NCBI GenBank assembly: GCA_036501565.1
Contig: DASYAA010000079.1
Location: 1-40,356 of the forward strand
Length of the DNA stretch: 40,356 bases
Origin: Verrucomicrobiia bacterium
Lineage (GTDB): Bacteria > Verrucomicrobiota > Verrucomicrobiia > Limisphaerales > UBA11358
Direction of reading: 5' to 3'
This document shows positions 34,691 to 40,356 of the stretch, piece after piece; within the stretch, counting starts at the first letter, position 1; each line of letters starts with the position of its first letter. Position numbers and translations under genes: made by a program. The notes under the pieces were generated by a model that searched no databases, was not told the origin of the DNA, and saw only the letters and a list, made by a program, of their open reading frames with translations.

Positions 34691-34740
34691 ATCAGCAACT
34701 TGACTCTCAAATAAAATTCTCTAGCCTAATCTGCCCATCC

Positions 34741-34814
34741 TGCCCGATGGTGTAACGGTAGCACAGCAGACTCTGAATCTGTTTGTCATGGTTCAAATCC
34801 ATGTCGGGCAACCA
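34741..34814 (+). tRNA. tRNA-Gln (anticodon CUG), with encoded CCA
   Basis: Hand-folded cloverleaf: acceptor TGCCCGA/TCGGGCA; D arm GTGT-AACGGTA-GCAC; anticodon arm GCAGA-CTCTGAA-TCTGT (U33, CUG, A37); variable loop TTGT; T arm CATGG-TTCAAAT-CCATG; discriminator A; CCA. The U1-A72 pair is typical of bacterial tRNA-Gln. Confidence 0.9.
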
Positions 34815-34816
34815 TT

Positions 34817-35350
34817 TCATTTGCATTTCTCCACAATCTCGTCCGCTTTTTTGTGGCTCACGGCTTCGTAAAAATCGTCATTGCACATCATCACCGGCGG
34901 CGTGCCGCAACTGGCGAGGCACTCGACAAATTCCACCGTGAATTTTCCGTCCGGCGTCGTCTGCGCGCCGTGCGCGTGCGAATCCAAACCGAATTTTTTG
35001 CAAAAATGTTCGCGCAATTCATATGCGCCGCCCAGCGCGCAACTCAACGTGCGGCAAACTTTGATCTGGTATTTGCCCATCGGCTGCGCGCGCAACATTG
35101 GATAAAAGGTCAGCAACTCGTAAATGTTGATCGGCTGCAATTCCAGTTTCTTCGCCGTCCATTCAACGGCTTCTTGCGAAATCCAACCGAATGTATCCTG
35201 AATAGCGTGCAGCACCATGAGCGACGCGGCGCGCTTTTCGGGGTAATGCGTAAGCAATTCTTCCACTTCCGCCTCAAGCGCGGCGGACGCGACGAAATCG
35301 CGCTGGTGTTGCAGCGGATTCGGAATCGGTTCTGTGTGCATCGCGTTCAT
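34817..35350 (-). CDS. nuoE: NADH-quinone oxidoreductase subunit E
   Basis: 177 aa with 2Fe-2S ligand motifs CRTLSCALGG and ECLASCGTPPVMM. There is an ATGA overlap with nuoD. Confidence 0.95.
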   Translation of the reverse strand: MNAMHTEPIPNPLQHQRDFVASAALEAEVEELLTHYPEKRAASLMVLHAIQDTFGWISQEAVEWTAKKLELQPINIYELLTFYPMLRAQPMGKYQIKVCRTLSCALGGAYELREHFCKKFGLDSHAHGAQTTPDGKFTVEFVECLASCGTPPVMMCNDDFYEAVSHKKADEIVEKCK

Positions 35351-36618
35351 CGGTCAGCCTCGCCCATCACAAAATCAATCGAACCCAAAATCACCGGCAC
35401 GTCGCTGATCATCGCGCCGGGCAGCAATTCGCCGAGAATGCTCAAATTGATGAAACTCGGCGAACGGATTTTCAGGCGATACGGCACGCCGCCGCCTTTG
35501 CTGCAAATGTAAAAACCGAGTTCGCCTTTCGGATTTTCGTGGCCGAAATAAATTTCGCCCGGCGGACAATTCATTCCTTCGGTCACGAGCATGAATTGAT
35601 GGATCAATTCTTCCATCTTCGTCATCACTTTTTCCTTCGGCGGCAAAATAATTTTTCCGTCGTCCACATTGACCGGCTCGTGCGTTTCATTTTTCCAGCC
35701 GCCGGGAATTTTTTCGAGGCACTGATATAAAATGCGAACGCTCTGGCGCATTTCTTCCATGCGCACCATGTAACGATCATAACAATCGCCAACGGTACCA
35801 ATGGGAATATCAAATTCCAAATCTTTGTAGCAAAGATACGGCTGATTTTTTCGCAAATCGTATTCGATTCCGCTACCGCGCAAATTCGGGCCGCTCAAGC
35901 CGTAATCAATCGCCATTTCCTTCGAGATGTGGCCGAGGTCGCGCAGGCGATCCACCCAAATACGATTGCGTGTGAGCAGCGTCTCGACTTCGTTGAGCGC
36001 GGGAATAAATTCTTTGCAAAATTGGCGGACTTGATCGCACCAATTTGGCGGCGTGTCGCGCATGACGCCGCCAATGCGCGTGTAACTCGTCGTGAACCGC
36101 GCGCCGGAAATCGCCTCGGCCAAGTTGTAAATTTTTTCGCGCTCGGTAAAAAGCAGGAGAAAAACCGTAACCGCGCCGGTGTCCATCGCGAACGCGCCGA
36201 GTCCGAGCAAATGCGCCGAGATGCGCGCGAGTTCCGCAACCATGACGCGAATGTATTGGCAGCGCGGCGGCAGTTTATCGTGGATGCCCAAAAGTTTTTC
36301 GACGGCGAGCGCGTAGGCGACATTGTTCGCCAGCGGCGCGAGATAATCCAAACGATCCGTGTAAGGAATGAACTGCGTGTAAGTCATGTTCTCGGCGATT
36401 TTTTCGTCGCCGCGATGCAGATAGCCGACATCGGGATCGGCTTTCGTGATGACTTCGCCGTCGAGTTCCAAAACAATTCGTAGCACGCCGTGCGTGGCCG
36501 GATGCGATGGTCCCATGTTCAGCACCATGCGCTCGTCTTGAAAGTCCGGCAATTCTTCAATCACCGCTGCATTGCGCGCGGCGGAATCGGGAATTTCGAT
36601 GTCTTGAATCGTGGGCAT
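35347..36618 (-). CDS. nuoD: NADH-quinone oxidoreductase subunit D
   Basis: 423 aa with MVLNMGPSHPATHGVLR and the C-terminal SIDFVMGEADR. Confidence 0.97.
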   Translation of the reverse strand: MPTIQDIEIPDSAARNAAVIEELPDFQDERMVLNMGPSHPATHGVLRIVLELDGEVITKADPDVGYLHRGDEKIAENMTYTQFIPYTDRLDYLAPLANNVAYALAVEKLLGIHDKLPPRCQYIRVMVAELARISAHLLGLGAFAMDTGAVTVFLLLFTEREKIYNLAEAISGARFTTSYTRIGGVMRDTPPNWCDQVRQFCKEFIPALNEVETLLTRNRIWVDRLRDLGHISKEMAIDYGLSGPNLRGSGIEYDLRKNQPYLCYKDLEFDIPIGTVGDCYDRYMVRMEEMRQSVRILYQCLEKIPGGWKNETHEPVNVDDGKIILPPKEKVMTKMEELIHQFMLVTEGMNCPPGEIYFGHENPKGELGFYICSKGGGVPYRLKIRSPSFINLSILGELLPGAMISDVPVILGSIDFVMGEADR

Positions 36619-36623
36619 GAAAA

Positions 36624-37304
36624 TTATTTTTTTTCAATCGGTCCCGGACCTTTGGGATGGCCGTGCGTTTCTTGAATATCTTTGCGCCGTTCCAAATGCG
36701 ACATCGTTTCAATCGAATCGGTTTCGGGAATACGGATTCGCGGCTCGCGCGCTTGCGCGGAATTTCCACCGGCCACAGTCACAAATGGGCCGCCTTCCAT
36801 CGGCGACGGTTTGGAAAATGCGACGCCGGGCATTTCGCTGTCCTTGCCCGCGAGCGGAAAATCTTTGCGCAACGGAAAATACGGATAGCCTTCCCACATC
36901 AAAATGCGCCGCAAATCCGGGTGGCCGCGAAAATGAATGCCCATCATGTCGTAAATTTCGCGCTCGTGCCAGTTGGCCGTTTTCCAAATTCCAATCACAC
37001 TCGGCAATTTTGATTTTTCCTCGCTGACATCGGTTTTGAGCCGGATTTCATTGCCTTTTTTCAGATTGCGCAAATGATAAACAACCGTCCAGCGCGGCTC
37101 GTCGCCGTAATTGTCCAGACTCGAAATATCCGCGAGATAATCGAAACCAAGAATTTTTTTTGCAAATTCGCAAACGTCGGAAATTTTTTCCGCGTCGGAA
37201 ATGTTCACGGAAACATCGCCGCGAAATTCCGTTGGTTTGGAGATTAAATCGCCAAACTTTTCTTTAAGTTTTCCAGCTTGTTCCAGAGAATTCACTTCGA
37301 TCAA
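36624..37304 (-). CDS. nuoC: NADH-quinone oxidoreductase subunit C
   Basis: 226 aa with ANWHEREIYDMMGIHFRGHPDLRRIL. The start is an apparent TTG. Confidence 0.93.
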   Translation of the reverse strand: MIEVNSLEQAGKLKEKFGDLISKPTEFRGDVSVNISDAEKISDVCEFAKKILGFDYLADISSLDNYGDEPRWTVVYHLRNLKKGNEIRLKTDVSEEKSKLPSVIGIWKTANWHEREIYDMMGIHFRGHPDLRRILMWEGYPYFPLRKDFPLAGKDSEMPGVAFSKPSPMEGGPFVTVAGGNSAQAREPRIRIPETDSIETMSHLERRKDIQETHGHPKGPGPIEKK

Positions 37305-37305
37305 A

Positions 37306-37355
37306 TCGTTGAATTGTTGAATCGAACATTCGCAGCCGCTTCAACAATTTAACGA
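37306..37355. repeat. 16-bp inverted repeat in the nuoB-nuoC spacer
   Basis: tcgttgaattgttgaa (37306-37321) pairs with ttcaacaatttaacga (37340-37355) with one mismatch and an 18-nt loop. Confidence 0.75.
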
Positions 37356-37364
37356 TTCAACCAA

Positions 37365-37898
37365 TCACGCTGCCGCTTCTTCTTTTTTCAAGTGAAACAT
37401 TTTCAAATCCGCGAGCACCGGCTCTTTGCTGATTTTATTTTGCAATTTCATCAGCGCGTCAATCAACGCTTCGGGGCGCGGCGGACAACCGGCCACATAA
37501 ACATCCACCGGCAAAATCCGGTCCACGCCTTGCAGCACGGCGTAACTGCGATACATTCCGCCGGTCGAGGCGCACGCGCCCATCGCGATGCACCATTTGG
37601 GTTCGGCCATTTGATCCCAGACGCGCTTGACGGCGGTGGCCATTTTGTAAGTGACCGTGCCGGCAACGATCATGCAATCGGCCTGTCGCGGCGAAAAACG
37701 CATCACTTCGGAACCAAATCGGGAAATATCGAAACGGCTCGCGCCGACGGCCATCAATTCAATCGCGCAGCAGGCCAAACCCATTGGCATCGGCCAGACG
37801 GAATTTTTACGAAACCAATTGAGCGCGGCGTCAACCGTGGTGACGACAACGTCGCCCTCAATTTTTGAATTATAACCGACTTCGCTTTCAGTTCGCAT
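37365..37898 (-). CDS. nuoB: NADH-quinone oxidoreductase subunit B
   Basis: 177 aa with [16 protein letters not shown] and GCPPRPEAL (N2 cluster ligands). Confidence 0.96.
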   Translation of the reverse strand: MRTESEVGYNSKIEGDVVVTTVDAALNWFRKNSVWPMPMGLACCAIELMAVGASRFDISRFGSEVMRFSPRQADCMIVAGTVTYKMATAVKRVWDQMAEPKWCIAMGACASTGGMYRSYAVLQGVDRILPVDVYVAGCPPRPEALIDALMKLQNKISKEPVLADLKMFHLKKEEAAA

Positions 37899-37964
37899 AA
37901 TCTTGCCGCCTCAAAACAGAGACAACTCAGCGTAACTCCTGCTAAAATCTCCGGCAAGTCAATT

Positions 37965-37980
37965 TGTGATTTTTTTCACA
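37965..37980. promoter_or_regulatory. Candidate CRP/FNR-family binding site: perfect TGTGA-N6-TCACA palindrome
   Basis: tgtga tttttt tcaca was read directly. Its centre is about 74 nt upstream of the nuoB ATG and about 133 nt upstream of the divergent Tmk-like gene. Confidence 0.45.
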
Positions 37981-38105
37981 AGGATTCGAGAATTTGCGTT
38001 GTCACCGAAAATTAACAAACGAAAACGGCTGCCATCGGTTATCAACTTGCGCCTTGTGAGCGGCGGCGGTTTGGCTAAAATGACAAAACGCTGCTGGCGC
38101 GAATT

Positions 38106-38858
38106 ATGAAAACTTTTGCCGAATTGAATTTTCCGGGACGATTGATCGCCGTCGAAGGACTCGACGGTTCGGGCAAGTCAACGCAGATTTATCTGCTCAA
38201 ACGCTGGCTCGAAGCGGAAGGCATCAAGGTCTATTTCAGCGAATGGAATTCTTCCGAGCTGGTAAAATCCGCGACGAGCAAAGGTAAAAAGCGCGAACTG
38301 CTCACGCCGACGACTTTCAGTTTGATCCACGCGACGGATTTTGCCGACCGTTACGAGCGCCATTTGCTGCCGCTTCTGCGCGCCGGTTATATTGTGCTGT
38401 GCGACCGTTATGCATTCACAGCGTTTGCGCGCGACACGGTTCGCGGCTGTCCGCCTGAATGGGTTCGCGGACTTTACAATTTCGCCGCGCAGCCCGACCT
38501 CACGGTTTTTTTCAAAACGGATTTGGAAGTTTCGCTGAACCGGATTTTGGAAGGCCGTCCGAAATTGAAATTCTTCGAGGCTGGAATGGATTTGCGGCTT
38601 TCGACCGATCCTTACGAAAGTTTCCGCATTTTTCAGGGGCGCATTTTGGATCAATATGTCGCGATGACCGAAGAATTCAAGTTCATCGTCATGGACGCGA
38701 ACGAAAACGTCGAAAAACAGCAGGTGATTTTCCGAAAACTCGTGAGCGAGAAAATTGATTTGAGAAAATTCCGGCGCAAAAGTCCGCTGCCATTGCCGCC
38801 GTCTGTTCGCGTCGAGGAAAAAATGAGGGAAATCGAAGAGGATTTGGCCGCCGCATGA
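38106..38858 (+). CDS. Thymidylate-kinase-fold P-loop kinase, divergent (paralog 1)
   Basis: 250 aa with P-loop VEGLDGSGKST and CDRY (the DRY/DRH position of Tmk). I cannot find the (T)REPGG motif. The C-terminal tail is charged. Confidence 0.8.
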   Translation: MKTFAELNFPGRLIAVEGLDGSGKSTQIYLLKRWLEAEGIKVYFSEWNSSELVKSATSKGKKRELLTPTTFSLIHATDFADRYERHLLPLLRAGYIVLCDRYAFTAFARDTVRGCPPEWVRGLYNFAAQPDLTVFFKTDLEVSLNRILEGRPKLKFFEAGMDLRLSTDPYESFRIFQGRILDQYVAMTEEFKFIVMDANENVEKQQVIFRKLVSEKIDLRKFRRKSPLPLPPSVRVEEKMREIEEDLAAA

Positions 38859-39568
38859 ACAATTCCGAAACAAAAAAGAAATGCCGCCGTTTTTACGGCC
38901 ACGGCGTTCCGCGCGTGAAGCTGGAGGACCTCGCGGGAAAATTGATCGTCGTCGAAGGCGCGGACGGTTCGGGCCGCTCGACGCAAATCGCGCGGCTCGT
39001 GGACTGGCTTGAAACCAGCGGCCATCCGACGGTGCAAGTTGGACTCAAACGCTCGACGCTTGTCAGCAAGGAACTGGAAAAGGCGCAGGAAGGAAATATT
39101 TTGAGCCGCTCGACGTTGAGCCTTTTTTACGCGACGGATTTTGCCGACCAATTGGAAAACATCATTTTGCCCGCGCTGAAAGCGGGTTTCATCGTGCTGG
39201 CCGACCGTTACATTTACACGCTGATGGCGCGCGATCTGGTTCGCGGCATGGACGATGCGTGGCTGAAAAATCTTTACGGCATCGCACCGGAACCCGACGC
39301 GGTTTTTTATTTGTCGGTCGAACCGCAAGAACTCGTCCAACGCAATCTTTCCAAAAATGCGACGCTGGATTATTGGGAAAGCGGGATGGATTTGGGCTTC
39401 TCGCGCGATATGTTCGACAGTTTTGTGAAGTATCAAACCGCGATGCAAGGCGCGTTCCGCAAGTTGCAGAAGACTTACGGCTTCACAATTCTGGACGCCA
39501 ACCGTCCCGTCGGCTCGATCACGAAGGAATTGCGGAAAAAAATCCGCGTGCTGCTTGCGGAAAAATAA
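38855..39568 (+). CDS. Thymidylate-kinase-fold P-loop kinase, divergent (paralog 2)
   Basis: 237 aa with P-loop VEGADGSGRST and ADRY. It shares ATDFAD and (F/W)E(A/S)GMDL blocks with paralog 1. There is an ATGA overlap with paralog 1. Confidence 0.8.
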   Translation: MNNSETKKKCRRFYGHGVPRVKLEDLAGKLIVVEGADGSGRSTQIARLVDWLETSGHPTVQVGLKRSTLVSKELEKAQEGNILSRSTLSLFYATDFADQLENIILPALKAGFIVLADRYIYTLMARDLVRGMDDAWLKNLYGIAPEPDAVFYLSVEPQELVQRNLSKNATLDYWESGMDLGFSRDMFDSFVKYQTAMQGAFRKLQKTYGFTILDANRPVGSITKELRKKIRVLLAEK

Positions 39569-39570
39569 AG

Positions 39571-40056
39571 TCAATTGCCCGGCGCGTTGGTCGCCGTCAT
39601 CGGCGGAGAATCTGTTTGTGTCTGCAAAACCGATGGCGCATTCGTGAAATTCGGCGGACGGCGCGGCGGATGGAATTGTTTCAGTAATTTTTCAAACTCC
39701 TTCCGTTGGTCGGCATTCAGTTGTTCGCGGATTTTTTGATGCACATCCTGCATGACCGCGCGAAATTGCGGAGAAACGAGTTTCCAAAGATTGTGATTGC
39801 GCTCCTGTCCGTCGGCGATGATTTTTTCAATCGCCTTGTGTTGCTCCGGCGTGAGATGCAGCACGTCATCGAGTTGAGACAAAAATTGTTTGCCTGACAT
39901 TTCTCCGTGCGGCATCGGCAAATCGACATCGTGATTCTCGGGCGGACGATGATTTGCAAAATGCGCGTGGTCAACGTAATTGACCAGCAGTCCGCCGGTC
40001 ATGACGCCCGCGCCGAAAATGACGACGGTGGCCAGAATGATTTTCCAGGAATTCAC
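39571..40056 (-). CDS. Membrane-anchored periplasmic LTXXQ-motif protein (Spy/CpxP/heavy-metal-sensor-like)
   Basis: 161 aa with an N-terminal TM segment, LTPEQHKAIEKI and LNADQRKEFEKLL motifs, and a Pro-rich tail. Confidence 0.7.
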   Translation of the reverse strand: MNSWKIILATVVIFGAGVMTGGLLVNYVDHAHFANHRPPENHDVDLPMPHGEMSGKQFLSQLDDVLHLTPEQHKAIEKIIADGQERNHNLWKLVSPQFRAVMQDVHQKIREQLNADQRKEFEKLLKQFHPPRRPPNFTNAPSVLQTQTDSPPMTATNAPGN

Positions 40057-40352
40057 TGCGCTTGATCGCTTTGGTCAACGGACGCCAGCAGGGTGCTTTC
40101 AAAATTTTGCGAAAGATCGTTGCTGGCCGGGGCTGGATTAAAAAAAGCCCACGCGCCGCACAACAGTGAAATCGCGACGCATGAAACCGCCGCGCGCCAG
40201 AGTCCGCGCACCCATAAATCCAGATTCTGCGGCGCGACACGCGAGGCGAGCAGCGCCGTCACGCGCTTTTCAAAAGCATACGGCACGCGCTCGTCCAGCA
40301 CTTCCGTGCGGGCGATTGCGAGCAGTTTCTTTTGCAGTTCGGCGATATTCAT
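40053..40352 (-). CDS. Small single-pass membrane protein (possible anti-sigma-like partner of an ECF sigma factor lying beyond the window)
   Basis: 99 aa with one hydrophobic segment (AAVSCVAISLLCGAWAFF). It overlaps the downstream LTXXQ gene by 4 nt. The function is inferred only from the typical sigma / anti-sigma / LTXXQ gene order. Confidence 0.5.
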   Translation of the reverse strand: MNIAELQKKLLAIARTEVLDERVPYAFEKRVTALLASRVAPQNLDLWVRGLWRAAVSCVAISLLCGAWAFFNPAPASNDLSQNFESTLLASVDQSDQAQ

Positions 40353-40356
40353 ACAC

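Noticed and set aside
34691-34816. The tRNA-Gln as the attachment site of an integrated element, with flanking att repeats.
   Set aside because: I saw no integrase next to it and no duplicated copy of the tRNA 3' half by eye in this window. This cannot be excluded without a proper repeat search, so integration is mentioned only as context in the tRNA finding.
37754-37957. A 67-aa minus-strand ORF upstream of and overlapping nuoB as a candidate nuoA.
   Set aside because: It overlaps the nuoB coding region out of frame, it is not hydrophobic (NuoA has 3 TM helices), and it is too short.

Overview
This is a gene-dense 40.4 kb bacterial chromosomal segment. It is GC-rich (about 55-60% by eye), with a few clearly AT-richer genes. 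Almost all of it is housekeeping. From left to right: a partial MBL-fold hydrolase, an AT-rich orphan gene, and ilvN-ilvC. A long minus-strand array follows: LivKHMGF-type branched-chain amino-acid ABC transporter, rplM-rpsI, argC, a SAM methyltransferase and argJ. Then come dedA, uvrC, a PadR regulator with two paralogous membrane proteins, a DeaD-type DEAD-box helicase, purC, xerD, a ferredoxin and pyk. A 15 kb minus-strand NADH:quinone oxidoreductase operon runs nuoB to nuoN; nuoA is not present. The window ends with two tandem divergent thymidylate-kinase-fold genes and an LTXXQ periplasmic protein plus a small membrane protein. I saw no rRNA, CRISPR array, transposase or prophage. The most unusual signal is that the complex I operon is interrupted three times at subunit boundaries. 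(1) A nucleotidyltransferase (MNT)/HEPN pair sits between nuoL and nuoM. (2) A DUF4160/DUF2442 pair sits between nuoF and nuoG. (3) A tRNA-Gln(CUG) lies on the opposite strand between nuoE and nuoF. The two protein pairs are same-strand, with 0-15 nt junctions, so they must be co-transcribed with complex I. Other points worth a second look: a perfect CRP-type palindrome (TGTGA-N6-TCACA) in the nuoB upstream region; the overlapping pair of Tmk-fold kinases lacking the REPGG-type motif; a PadR operon whose two membrane proteins share a near-identical N-terminal module; and families of short repeats (period-7 microsatellites and CACAGAG / ATCCGTG motifs) that fill the intergenic spacers and also reach into coding sequence (argJ, uvrC, and the 3' ends of livM, nuoM and dedA). 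The repeat style and gene content suggest a Verrucomicrobiota-like genome, but that is only an inference from memory. All calls rest on reading the translated ORFs and the sequence. No database search or computation was run, and GC values are by-eye estimates.
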